This document shows, one piece after another, positions 38,950-48,448 of a stretch of DNA of 64,000 nt; position 1 is the stretch's first letter, and every line of letters starts with the position of its first letter. The stretch covers positions 18,827 to 82,826 of IMG/VR virus record IMGVR_UViG_3300009149_000020. One strand, given 5' to 3'. Source of the stretch: a virus. A model generated the notes under the pieces. The model was not told the DNA's origin. It was given only the letters and a program-made list of their open reading frames with translations, and ran no database searches. A program made the position numbers and the translations under genes.

Positions 38950-39185
38950 ACGACAAACACTATACTCTTTATGTATTCGAATGTGTGATTGCTAGATATA
39001 AATTAATGTTTAATAGGATTGTTAATGATGACGGTGACGTCAGTTTTGAGGAAGAGGTTATCATTAATGGTTTTATGGATTGTCCTCTTTGTACATTAGC
39101 TGAAAATGAAGCTGAGGCAAGAAAGATACTTATAGATGCAGGTGACGACTATACTGATATTGGAAGATTACTTGCGACAATGTGA
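38937..39185 (+). CDS. Hypothetical protein
   Basis: SD. Confidence 0.55.
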   Translation: MQEVDDKHYTLYVFECVIARYKLMFNRIVNDDGDVSFEEEVIINGFMDCPLCTLAENEAEARKILIDAGDDYTDIGRLLATM

Positions 39186-39195
39186 GGAGGCAATA

Positions 39196-39462
39196 ATGAA
39201 GTATTACCAAGTAGTAAAAACACTGGAGTATAAAAATATTTCAAAAATTTGCAATGAGTTTTTATGCATGCCATGTGCAATAGGAAACATCAACGATCGT
39301 AGGAAATATTATCCTGAAGGTGCATACATCACAGATAAGGGGCACGAGCAAGCCATCCGTAAAAATGCATTTGAATTAAGAGCATCTAACCACCATGCGT
39401 TTGATTATTATGATTTTGCTATTACATTCTTTCGAGAGGTTACAGCAGAGGAGGCACAATGA
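39196..39462 (+). CDS. Hypothetical protein
   Basis: GAGGAGG SD before ATG 39196. Confidence 0.6.
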   Translation: MKYYQVVKTLEYKNISKICNEFLCMPCAIGNINDRRKYYPEGAYITDKGHEQAIRKNAFELRASNHHAFDYYDFAITFFREVTAEEAQ

Positions 39463-39830
39463 CTAATTTTGTAGCAATGTATCATGTTATATCATCTGAA
39501 GGACCGGACAACCTATATGTTAACATTCCTTTTGTTGCTGAAAATGGTTTATATATAGCTGTGTTTGAGGATGAGGACGACCCTAATCAATCGTATATTG
39601 AAATTGCTGACAATAAGTATGAGCACAACACGAAAGTATACTATTCCTTTTGTGGGTTCGCTGATGAAGAAGAAGCACTCAAAGTTTGCAAAGAAATATG
39701 TGCTCTTGTAAATCAATACTGGCAGATAAAGCTTGACAACATACAGCAACAAGCTGTTACAATGAAAAAACTTTCAAGACGTTTAGTCTTTGAGGAGAGA
39801 AAGCAAGATGAAAAATCAATCCCCTCCTGA
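39459..39830 (+). CDS. Hypothetical protein
   Basis: SD, ATGA overlap. Confidence 0.6.
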   Translation: MTNFVAMYHVISSEGPDNLYVNIPFVAENGLYIAVFEDEDDPNQSYIEIADNKYEHNTKVYYSFCGFADEEEALKVCKEICALVNQYWQIKLDNIQQQAVTMKKLSRRLVFEERKQDEKSIPS

Positions 39831-39910
39831 GTTAAAAGAACAAAAATAATTGAACAATGAGAAGAGTTCACGTATTATTGATAAGGTAATCTATAAGGAG
39901 CACATTGCTC

Positions 39911-40126
39911 ATGAACAGTATTTCGTTTGTTGACTTAATTCTTTTTCTTTTGAAACATAAAACTTCAGTTAAAAAATCGCTTACTACAGTATTTAGTTAC
40001 TATACGGCTAGACTACTCAAAGGGGAGTCAGTTATTATCCAAACAGAACACATTTACGATACTAACTGGGATCACGTCGCAACCACCGAATGTTTAATGT
40101 ATGTAAAGGAGATGAAAGGGGCTTGA
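39911..40126 (+). CDS. Small hypothetical protein
   Basis: AAGGAG upstream; stop overlaps the sbcD start. Confidence 0.45.
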   Translation: MNSISFVDLILFLLKHKTSVKKSLTTVFSYYTARLLKGESVIIQTEHIYDTNWDHVATTECLMYVKEMKGA

Positions 40127-41121
40127 TGAAGATTTTACACCTGGCAGATATTCACTATAGTAAACTTGCAGAACGCACCATCGACGATTTTTTTACAAAG
40201 TTACAGGCATTAACTAAACCTGATGTCTGTGTAATAGCAGGGGACTTATTCGACTCCTCGGTTTTCTTCGATGATGCTGCCAGCTCAGGTGTATTAGATT
40301 TTATTACTAAGTTATATGAAATCGTTGATACAGACATACTTATAGTAAGAGGAACTCCTAGTCATGACAGAGACAACTTAAATACATTAAAAACAGTATT
40401 TAAAAAAAATACAAAAATCCGTATCTTTACTGCACCAGTAGAGTGGAAGGACTTTTGTTGTGTACCTGAACCTAACATATCCAATTCAAAACAATCTATA
40501 CAGCTTTTATCACAGACTCAGTTACCTTATGTAGTATTTCATGGAAGTATTGAATCATCTGTACTTCCTATGGGTTTAACTATTGAAAGTGTTTCAAAGG
40601 TGTTCTTAAAGAAAGCTTTATTTAAGAAATTTAAACTGGGCTGTTGCGGACATATTCATATTGCACAGCAATTAAAAAATACTACGTGTTATTACTCAGG
40701 GTCCTTAGGTCGTTTTGCTTTTGGAGAAGAACATCCGAAAGGGTTTTACTATCACAATCTTGCTGATAAGACGCATGATTTTATACAAGTAGACTCGCCT
40801 CCTTATGAAACGTATGAGTTTGATAACGAAGATGGTGTAAAAGATTTTCTTGAAACATGTAATAAAGAAGATCCTGTCAGAGTTATTTTAACTAAGCCTC
40901 GACAACAACAATTAGAAATTCCGTCGAATATTAAAATCGAAGTAAGGGTAGATAAAAAATCTGTAACCGAGGATACGGAACTTCAACGACTTGCAGGTAT
41001 TGAAGGAATGCCTTTAGCTGATAAGACATTAGCTTATATGCGGGACAAAATGAAGTTAACGGTTACCGATGAATTAGAAGCAGAGTTAAGATTGTTGTTC
41101 GAGGAAGCGGGCGTTTCGTAA
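40126..41121 (+). CDS. sbcD: SbcD/Mre11-like metallophosphoesterase nuclease
   Basis: LHLADIH, IAGDLFD, RGTPSHD, FHG, GHIH, YSGSL. Confidence 0.9.
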   Translation: MKILHLADIHYSKLAERTIDDFFTKLQALTKPDVCVIAGDLFDSSVFFDDAASSGVLDFITKLYEIVDTDILIVRGTPSHDRDNLNTLKTVFKKNTKIRIFTAPVEWKDFCCVPEPNISNSKQSIQLLSQTQLPYVVFHGSIESSVLPMGLTIESVSKVFLKKALFKKFKLGCCGHIHIAQQLKNTTCYYSGSLGRFAFGEEHPKGFYYHNLADKTHDFIQVDSPPYETYEFDNEDGVKDFLETCNKEDPVRVILTKPRQQQLEIPSNIKIEVRVDKKSVTEDTELQRLAGIEGMPLADKTLAYMRDKMKLTVTDELEAELRLLFEEAGVS

Positions 41122-41138
41122 GGAGGCAAAAGTAACCT

Positions 41139-43583
41139 ATGAAGTTTTCTGACTTAGTTGAAAATACTCTTAAGTTTAAAAAAAGCGCAAGTTGTGTAGA
41201 TTGTCCTATTGCAAATTCAATTTTCGTTCCACCACATGTTAACCAAGACTGCGAAGTTTTACTTATAGGAGAAGCTCCAGGAAAGACTGAGGTAGCACAG
41301 CGTGTTCCTTTTGTAGGTACTGCTGGTAAATTATTAAAAAAGTCTTTAGAAGATGCAGGGTTTGATATCTCCACTATGTCGGTAACAAATATTGTTAAAT
41401 GTAGACCCTATGATGAGAAAGGTGCTACTAGAACTCCTACAAAGAAAGAGTTTATGAAGTGTGGGTCAACTTTCATTGATGCAGAAGTATCTAGTTTTGG
41501 TAAGTTAAAAGTAGTAATTCTTTTAGGCAAATCTCCTTTTGACTATTTTTTTCCAAAAGGGAGCTATGCAAAGAGTAGAGGTCATTTCTTAAAGGAAGGC
41601 GGAAAAGTATTTTTTGTTTCAATGCATCCCTCTCATGCGCTATACAATCCTAATAAAGAAACAGAGCTTGCAAATGATATGCTGAAGGTTAAAGAGTATC
41701 TTGATAACAAATTATTTTCAGGCAGAAGTTACCACTTTGTAGATAATATAGCGTCACTGGAAGCATGCAAGGCTGACTTACTTGCTGCAAGGAAAGTAGC
41801 TATTGACATTGAAACGCCTCCTATACCCGATGAGAGATTAGTTGATGCGTTACCGATTAAGTGTTTTACAATTTGTACACAAAAAGATCACGTGTATGGT
41901 TTTTACTTTGAATGTAAAAAGACGATTTCCCTTGAGTATAGAAAGGCAGTTTGGGCTTTATTAAAAGAGATACTTGAAGATGAGAAGACCATTAAGATTT
42001 TTCATAATGCTAAATTTGAATACTTGAACTTTTTAAAAAGAGATTGTAAGGTTGTTAACTATCGAGACACTATGTTAGAGGCTTTCCTCTTAGATGAGAA
42101 TAGGGAAGTAGGCTTGAAACCTTTAGCAGCTATTTACACAAAGGGTTATAGAAATGTTGTTACGGATTTTAAGAATGTTGATATAACTGAATTAATTGGT
42201 TACTGTGCTGAAGACGCTGATTTAACTATGCAACTTCACGAAACCTTTTATCCTAATGTAAAAGGAGATACCGGCTTAAACTATGTGTACAAGGAGATTT
42301 TATTACCTGCCGTCCATGTCCTGGCCACTATAGAAAAGAATGGCGTAAGCTTTGACGTAGACTATGCTCAGACGTTAGAAAGAGACATATTAGCAAAGAT
42401 ACAAGTAATAGAAGATCAACTATATGCAGCACACAGGAATCTAAAGTTTATAAATTTGGATTCTACTAAACAGTTAAGCGACTTTCTGTTTAATAATCTG
42501 AAGGTTATTCCTGTATCAAAAACAAAAGGAGGTCAGCCCGCTCTAGGAAAGAATGATTTAATTGTCTTTAGTGAAAGAGGTTTAACAATAGCTGACCCTT
42601 TACTCGATAGAAGGAAGTATAAAAAACAGCTGACTACTTATGTAAAAGCTCTTCCAAAGCTAATCGGGATGGACCGTCGAATAAATTCTTCTTACAAGCT
42701 CACAGGTACTGTTACTGGAAGGCTTGCAAGTGCTAACCCCAACCTGCAGAATATACCTCGAGATAAATCAATTAAGAATCTTATTATAGCAGAGATGATT
42801 GATTCTTATTTTGAGCAACACGGCTTAAACAAATATTGTTTACTCCAAGGAGATTTCTCTCAAGCAGAATTAAGGATAGCAGCATCTATTGCTAACGATG
42901 CAGAAATGATAAGAGTTTATAATACACCTGGTGGTGATATTCATAATACTACAGGTGCGACGGTAGCCGGAGTATCTCTGGAAGAGGTTACAAAAGAAAT
43001 GAGACAAGGCGCCAAAGCTGTTAACTTTGGTTTCATTTATGGAATGGAGTGGGAAGGTTTTAAAAGCTACGCAAAGTTTCAGTATAAAGTTGAATTTTCA
43101 GATAAGGATGCAAAACTAGCAAGGACTAAGTTCTTTGCTAAGTATTGTTCATTGCTTCCTTGGCATGAAAAAGCTAAAGCATTCGCAACTAAGAATGGAT
43201 TTATTCTATCCCCTCTGGGTAGGAAAAGGAGGTTACCACAAGTATGGTCTAAAGAGCAGGGAAAAAGGAATGCTGCTCTTAGGCAAGCTATCAATTCTCC
43301 TGTGCAGGGAACTGCGTCTGACTTAACTGTTTACACTATGATTCAAGCTCAAAAATTTCTTGAAAAGAAGAACATGCAAAGCAAGATTGTTCTTACTGTG
43401 CATGACTCTATTATCTTTTCAGCACACGAAAAAGAAGTCGATGGAATCATTTTCTTTCTTATGAATACTGTTGCAGGTCTCCAAGACAAATTTAACTTCC
43501 TCAGAGTGCCAATGGTTATGGACTTTGAGAAGGGTGATAGATGGGGTAATCTCGAGAAAATAAATACCGCAGACTATCTGTAA
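41139..43583 (+). CDS. polA: Family A DNA polymerase with N-terminal family-4 uracil-DNA glycosylase domain and 3'-5' exonuclease
   Basis: UDG: GEAPG, PFVG.AG, KCRP, HPS; exo: DIET, HNAKFE, YCAEDA; pol: TGRLAS.NPNLQNIP, DFSQAELR, AKAVNFGFIYG, VHDS. Confidence 0.95.
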   Translation: MKFSDLVENTLKFKKSASCVDCPIANSIFVPPHVNQDCEVLLIGEAPGKTEVAQRVPFVGTAGKLLKKSLEDAGFDISTMSVTNIVKCRPYDEKGATRTPTKKEFMKCGSTFIDAEVSSFGKLKVVILLGKSPFDYFFPKGSYAKSRGHFLKEGGKVFFVSMHPSHALYNPNKETELANDMLKVKEYLDNKLFSGRSYHFVDNIASLEACKADLLAARKVAIDIETPPIPDERLVDALPIKCFTICTQKDHVYGFYFECKKTISLEYRKAVWALLKEILEDEKTIKIFHNAKFEYLNFLKRDCKVVNYRDTMLEAFLLDENREVGLKPLAAIYTKGYRNVVTDFKNVDITELIGYCAEDADLTMQLHETFYPNVKGDTGLNYVYKEILLPAVHVLATIEKNGVSFDVDYAQTLERDILAKIQVIEDQLYAAHRNLKFINLDSTKQLSDFLFNNLKVIPVSKTKGGQPALGKNDLIVFSERGLTIADPLLDRRKYKKQLTTYVKALPKLIGMDRRINSSYKLTGTVTGRLASANPNLQNIPRDKSIKNLIIAEMIDSYFEQHGLNKYCLLQGDFSQAELRIAASIANDAEMIRVYNTPGGDIHNTTGATVAGVSLEEVTKEMRQGAKAVNFGFIYGMEWEGFKSYAKFQYKVEFSDKDAKLARTKFFAKYCSLLPWHEKAKAFATKNGFILSPLGRKRRLPQVWSKEQGKRNAALRQAINSPVQGTASDLTVYTMIQAQKFLEKKNMQSKIVLTVHDSIIFSAHEKEVDGIIFFLMNTVAGLQDKFNFLRVPMVMDFEKGDRWGNLEKINTADYL

Positions 43584-43612
43584 AAAACCGAGTTAAAAGT
43601 TGTCGTTCTCGC

Positions 43613-43634
43613 GTTTTTACATATATGTAAAAAC
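43613..43634. promoter_or_regulatory. Perfect 22-bp palindrome, candidate operator
   Basis: GTTTTTACATATATGTAAAAAC in the intergenic gap before the recombination genes. Confidence 0.55.
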
Positions 43635-43648
43635 AGTGAATAGGAGGC

Positions 43649-44149
43649 ATGTTAATGAGTGTCGTTAAAGAAAATCTTCCCATCAGTTTTACACTTTCAA
43701 TCAGTGGAAAGACTCAAGAGATTTCTGTAGACTTGAATGAGCTGATGGATATCGATGAAGACAATATCAGGGATGTTTTATCAAAGCATCCTGGGAATGT
43801 TGCTTGGTTCGGTGCCTTGCTTGCTACTTACCAAAAACAACTCAATAGTGAAAAAGACTCTCTAAAGCTTTTAGAGGCAGAGTTGTATGAATCTAAGCGG
43901 CAAGAACTAGAAGATGAAGGAGCTAAGGCTACGGAAGCTTCCATCAAATCAAGGCAACTCCAAGATCCCTCGTATGTGCTACAACTTAAGCGTTTAAGAG
44001 AAGCTGAAATGTCCTACAATATGTTAGTAGGCATTAAAGTTGCCCTGGATCATAAACGCGACTGCTTGGTTCAAATTTCAGGTTTTTGTAAACGTGAAAT
44101 GGATCTTAATACTTATGCTGAGCAGGTAGGTGGAGCAAACGAGGAATAA
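43649..44149 (+). CDS. UvsY-like recombination mediator (putative)
   Basis: Helical ~165 aa protein with KATEASIKS..DP.Y pattern; lies next to SSB and RecA. Confidence 0.5.
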   Translation: MLMSVVKENLPISFTLSISGKTQEISVDLNELMDIDEDNIRDVLSKHPGNVAWFGALLATYQKQLNSEKDSLKLLEAELYESKRQELEDEGAKATEASIKSRQLQDPSYVLQLKRLREAEMSYNMLVGIKVALDHKRDCLVQISGFCKREMDLNTYAEQVGGANEE

Positions 44150-44225
44150 AAAGTTCTTCAAAACATCAGTAAGGTGAGTAAATTTTAAAACAGGACAAGT
44201 CAACTTAACAGGAGGATCGGCACAC

Positions 44226-45152
44226 ATGGGTTTAAACATTGATAACCTAAGAAAAAATTGGAAAGGCCAAAACAAGGGATTTTGGACTCCAGATGATGGC
44301 GAAAATAACATCCGTATTTTGCCAAGGTCACTAGCGTACTTTAGTGAAGAAGAGGATTCTGATTTCGCTTTTATGTTTTATCAGCATTACAAAATAAGCG
44401 ATTCAGCTCCAGTACTTGTATGTCCTACATCTGCGCATATTGGAAAAAAATGCCCGATATGTGAAAAGGTAAGGGGACTGTATAAGTCGAATTCAGAGGA
44501 AGATAAAGAACTTGCTAAGTCATTATCCAGATCAAAAAGATTTCATTTTAACATCATTGATCTTGATAACATCGAAGCAGGCGTCCAGGTTATGGAAACA
44601 GGACCATTCATTTATAAAGAGATTATGAAGTTTGTTCTTGATCCTGACTGGGGTGACTTATTTGACATTAAGACAGGCAGAAATATTGTTATCTGCAAGA
44701 ATCCTCCAAGTGGTGGTAACCAGTGGGCTTCTTATGAAGTAAAACCAAAACCAGCTGCAACTAATGCAAAAGACAATTTGCCTACTACTTGGAAACAGGA
44801 CATTGCAGCGTTGATGAAGAAGCTTCCTACTGCTAAAGAGTATGATGAAATAAACACGCTTCTTGATCCAACACTTCCTTTGCAGAAAGCTGTAGCTCCT
44901 ATACAGAACACATCTACTAATTTTGATGATGATGACGACGATGATACTAACGTCCATGAAGTAACTGATGATGACGTAGCTGAAGTTGCAGCAGAATTAG
45001 AAGTAGAAGTAGCAGCAAAGCCAAAAGCAACCACTGGTGGAAAGCCTGAATGTTTTGGTAATGAATATTCTCCAAAAGATGAAAAATGTAAAGCATGTGC
45101 AACCGATATTAAAGGTGCATGTCGCGCAGCCTTCCTTGACGTAGAAGATTGA
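44226..45152 (+). CDS. gp32-like single-stranded DNA-binding protein
   Basis: G.N.IRILP, H..C..CPIC zinc site, D..TGRNI.I, acidic tract near C-terminus, context. Confidence 0.75.
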   Translation: MGLNIDNLRKNWKGQNKGFWTPDDGENNIRILPRSLAYFSEEEDSDFAFMFYQHYKISDSAPVLVCPTSAHIGKKCPICEKVRGLYKSNSEEDKELAKSLSRSKRFHFNIIDLDNIEAGVQVMETGPFIYKEIMKFVLDPDWGDLFDIKTGRNIVICKNPPSGGNQWASYEVKPKPAATNAKDNLPTTWKQDIAALMKKLPTAKEYDEINTLLDPTLPLQKAVAPIQNTSTNFDDDDDDDTNVHEVTDDDVAEVAAELEVEVAAKPKATTGGKPECFGNEYSPKDEKCKACATDIKGACRAAFLDVED

Positions 45153-45187
45153 CAAACATTTTCATTATATAAGTTCAAGGAGAATAT

Positions 45188-46309
45188 ATGGCAAAAAAGA
45201 TGAGCAGTTTAGTTGCTTCCATAAAGAAAAAAGTTACGCAGATACAAGAAGAAGATAAAATAGAAGTTCCTTTTTTCGTAGACTCCGGAAACTACGCACT
45301 TAACTACGTATTATCCGGTTCGTTCGTACGCGGCTATCCTGGTGGGAGGGTCATCGAAGTTTACGGTGACCCCTCCACAGGGAAAACATTATTGATTACC
45401 CACGCTGTTGTTGATGTTCAACAAAAGGGCGGAGTAGCTGTAATTGATGATATCGAAAGTTCTTACAATATGCATTTTGCTAGAATGTTAGGAGCAAATA
45501 CAGAAGACATCATTATTCTGAATTCAATCATGCTCGAAGACTTCAAAGACCCTAAAACAAAAGAAGTTGTTAAAGGTCATTATGCTTCATTGATTGATAT
45601 TGTAAATTTAATTCGCAAGCAGGAGAAAGATGTACCTGTACTTATATGCCTCGACTCTATAGCAAATCTTACAACCGAGCATGAAGCAACTACAGAGCTT
45701 GCGAAACAGGATATGAGCAAAGCAAAGGTTATTAAAAAGTTCATGCGTCTTGTAGGTAAATACATTAAGGATCAGAAGATTTGTTACTTAGCAAGTAATC
45801 ATACTATTGCAACTATGAGTATGTATGGTGACTCTGCTACAAGCCCCGGAGGCGGTGGATTCAAATTCCAAGCTACTACAAGGCTTGAGCTTACTTACAG
45901 AAGAAAAATCTTTGATGCTAATGGTAAGAAGTGCATAGGGGTTACTACTGCAGCTTACGGCAAGAAGAGCAAAGTAACTATTCCTTTTAGAAGATGTGAG
46001 TTAGACATCTATTGGGATAAAGGTGTTGATAGAACTGCAGGACTGTGGCAATTGGCCTTAGACGAAAATGTAATTACTAAAGCTTCAGCCAATACATATA
46101 ACCTGCCTGGATATGAAAAGCCTATGTATAGAAAAGTTATCGAAGAAATGATTGCAACCAATCCAGAAGATGTCGTAAAGAAGATGGAAGCTTATGTCCA
46201 GTCTCCGGAGTTTAAAGCCGCAGCTACGGTTAGACCCACAACTAAAACAGAAGACGACGATGATAGTGTTGATACTACATCCTCTAACACTGAAGCAGAC
46301 AAAGAATGA
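45188..46309 (+). CDS. recA: RecA/UvsX recombinase
   Basis: G.P.GR.IEVYGDPSTGKT (Walker A), DSIA, SPGG..KF. Confidence 0.9.
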   Translation: MAKKMSSLVASIKKKVTQIQEEDKIEVPFFVDSGNYALNYVLSGSFVRGYPGGRVIEVYGDPSTGKTLLITHAVVDVQQKGGVAVIDDIESSYNMHFARMLGANTEDIIILNSIMLEDFKDPKTKEVVKGHYASLIDIVNLIRKQEKDVPVLICLDSIANLTTEHEATTELAKQDMSKAKVIKKFMRLVGKYIKDQKICYLASNHTIATMSMYGDSATSPGGGGFKFQATTRLELTYRRKIFDANGKKCIGVTTAAYGKKSKVTIPFRRCELDIYWDKGVDRTAGLWQLALDENVITKASANTYNLPGYEKPMYRKVIEEMIATNPEDVVKKMEAYVQSPEFKAAATVRPTTKTEDDDDSVDTTSSNTEADKE

Positions 46310-46842
46310 GGCCAGGCGGAGGAAAGGAAAAAGGTAACCAATACGAGAGAGATGTTTGTCGTGATCTAACAAAATGGATTCATGGTAAAGATAAACCTCT
46401 TTTATTTTGGAGGTCTACAACATCAGGAGGGCATTGGACTACTACTAAAAGTGCAAAGAGCCAGGCAGGCGATATAGCTGTAATAGCAGATCCTGATGAT
46501 GAAGGCTTTGATGAGGCTATTTGGTTTCTCAGACATTTTACATTCGAATGTAAAAGAACAAAGCCTGTTAAAATGCAACTCGGGCATACAAAAGAGTTTG
46601 AGAAATTATGGCAACAAGCAGTAGAACAGGCAAGGGGACTCAACCGAGAACCCTTGCTTTTCGTTAAGTTTGATCATAGGAAAGAACTTATTGGATGTAG
46701 TGTTAAAGTAGCCAACGCTCTAATGCCTTCTATTGATGTATACGCTGTATATGCCTTTGGTAAGGGCCTTGAGACCGTTGTACTTTTTCTCAAAGATAGT
46801 TTACTTTCTTTAAGCTTTTCAGAGTTTCAAAAAATAATTTAA
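46306..46842 (+). CDS. Holliday junction resolvase (Hjc-like PD-(D/E)XK)
   Basis: KGNQYERDV, SGG, GDI, ECKR, W.QA. Confidence 0.8.
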   Translation: MRPGGGKEKGNQYERDVCRDLTKWIHGKDKPLLFWRSTTSGGHWTTTKSAKSQAGDIAVIADPDDEGFDEAIWFLRHFTFECKRTKPVKMQLGHTKEFEKLWQQAVEQARGLNREPLLFVKFDHRKELIGCSVKVANALMPSIDVYAVYAFGKGLETVVLFLKDSLLSLSFSEFQKII

Positions 46843-46859
46843 AAAAAGCTAAAAAAAGG

Positions 46860-46889
46860 TTGACATTTGAGTATTATATACAATATACT
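46860..46889 (+). promoter_or_regulatory. Sigma70-type promoter with A-tract UP element
   Basis: AAAAAGG-TTGACA-18nt-TATACT; same pattern as 61320. Confidence 0.75.
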
Positions 46890-46919
46890 TGTATCACTTG
46901 TAAGGAGGTATACTTAATT

Positions 46920-47117
46920 ATGGCTCACGTGCGGGAAATCACTATTAGTTTCGGAAGAGGGGTTTCAAGAAACTACCAGACCTTTCGAATCGACAAATCA
47001 CAAGTTATTGTAATGGAAGAGGGCGACGACGCTGCAACTGTTAGACGTGAAGGTTTACGTATGTTAGTAAACGAAGTCAACAATGAGGCTGCGGAAATCG
47101 CAAAAGATTCACTTTAA
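46920..47117 (+). CDS. Small hypothetical protein
   Basis: TAAGGAGG SD; first gene after the promoter. Confidence 0.7.
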   Translation: MAHVREITISFGRGVSRNYQTFRIDKSQVIVMEEGDDAATVRREGLRMLVNEVNNEAAEIAKDSL

Positions 47118-47217
47118 CACTTTTGCAGGAGAACTACATTTTTTTGTTGAGGATTCGTTTTTCGATTAAGGAGATTAATATATCTCGTTGTTCGGCTACC
47201 TAGGAGGGTAAAACAAA

Positions 47218-47883
47218 ATGCTTTGTGCAGCTCAAAAAACTATTTGTGAGAATCTCATCAAGGCTTTCGACAAAAAACTAAAAAAGATCAGCTACAATTT
47301 TTGGTCCAAGTTTCGACATGTAGATAGAGATGACATTTATCAATACCTATGCTGTGTAATAGTACAACTGGTTGATCGAGTGTCACCACGTTATCCTAAT
47401 TATGATTTACCAGTCGGTATAGTAAATCAAGAACTTAAATTCTTGATGTCTGACTTCGCTAGAGAATTTCTAAAAGTTCAGTATAGCGAGCAGTGTTACG
47501 ATTTTGCCTCATATGAATACAGCGAAGAGTATCCTGAAAATAATAGGATACTTCATAAGTTGGACGCTCCTGGCTTTGTTGCGCAGCAAGCACGAATTTA
47601 TGAAGCTGAACTTTGTTCTATGATGGGACAGACTGAATCTGAGATATTAAAACTACGCATCGAGGGTCATTCCTTTGCTAGCATAAAGAGACAAAAGTTT
47701 ATAGGAATGTCTGACGATTGCTTTTACGATAAGGTAAAGACAGTGAAGTTGAGCGTGATAGAGTTCTTTTACGGAAAGGAACAAGTCGATGATCTCTTTC
47801 CTAAATTCTCACGTAGCCCGAGAACAACAAAGGAGGCAGACAAACCAGAATCAATCGAAGCTGAAATTGAAGCGGCAGCTTAG
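47218..47883 (+). CDS. Phage sigma-factor-like protein
   Basis: Region-2-like DRDDIYQ and region-4-like ESEILKLRIEGHSFASI. Confidence 0.6.
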   Translation: MLCAAQKTICENLIKAFDKKLKKISYNFWSKFRHVDRDDIYQYLCCVIVQLVDRVSPRYPNYDLPVGIVNQELKFLMSDFAREFLKVQYSEQCYDFASYEYSEEYPENNRILHKLDAPGFVAQQARIYEAELCSMMGQTESEILKLRIEGHSFASIKRQKFIGMSDDCFYDKVKTVKLSVIEFFYGKEQVDDLFPKFSRSPRTTKEADKPESIEAEIEAAA

Positions 47884-47992
47884 ATTGAGGGGCACGGGCT
47901 CCTTACTGTGAGAAAATTATCCTTCCGCAAAAACACTATGTAATGACAGAATGTTCGTTATTAACGTTTGAACCTTAAAGGAGGAACAAACT

Positions 47993-48430
47993 ATGTTGAA
48001 CTTTATCAAAACCTTGGTGATCAAGGTTAAAACTTACACACGCTCCTGCAAGACAGAACGCACTACACTACTTTTAAAGAAAGTTGCAGAGGTAGCAGAA
48101 AAGGTTATGATTGCTGCCATAAACTTCTTTAAACTGTTGAAGAAGGCTAATGTCTTCTTTATTGCTATCGCTGACTTCATGAAAGCAGCTTCTACCTATG
48201 TGAAAACAAAAGGTAAAGAGGTGTTGGAGAAAGCAACTCTATCGGCAATAGAGAAAATGGAGACATGTGTAGATTATCTCAGAAAGACCATTCTTCCTCA
48301 GATAGCTGAGTTTACGAAGACCGCGAGTGAGTTTCTTTCTTCCGTGGAAGACCTTTGCCGCAGTCTGGCTGAATGGGCAGTAGTTGCTGACGAAGTTTAT
48401 GATCTGAGAACTACCGCAGCTACAGCGTAG
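47993..48430 (+). CDS. Hypothetical amphipathic helical protein
   Basis: AAGGAGG SD, 145 aa. Confidence 0.65.
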   Translation: MLNFIKTLVIKVKTYTRSCKTERTTLLLKKVAEVAEKVMIAAINFFKLLKKANVFFIAIADFMKAASTYVKTKGKEVLEKATLSAIEKMETCVDYLRKTILPQIAEFTKTASEFLSSVEDLCRSLAEWAVVADEVYDLRTTAATA

Positions 48431-48448
48431 ACTTAATCTGGAGGATGT

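Noticed and set aside
45149-45175. TTGACA upstream of recA (also at 63545) as promoters
   Set aside because: No acceptable -10 hexamer at 16-18 bp spacing
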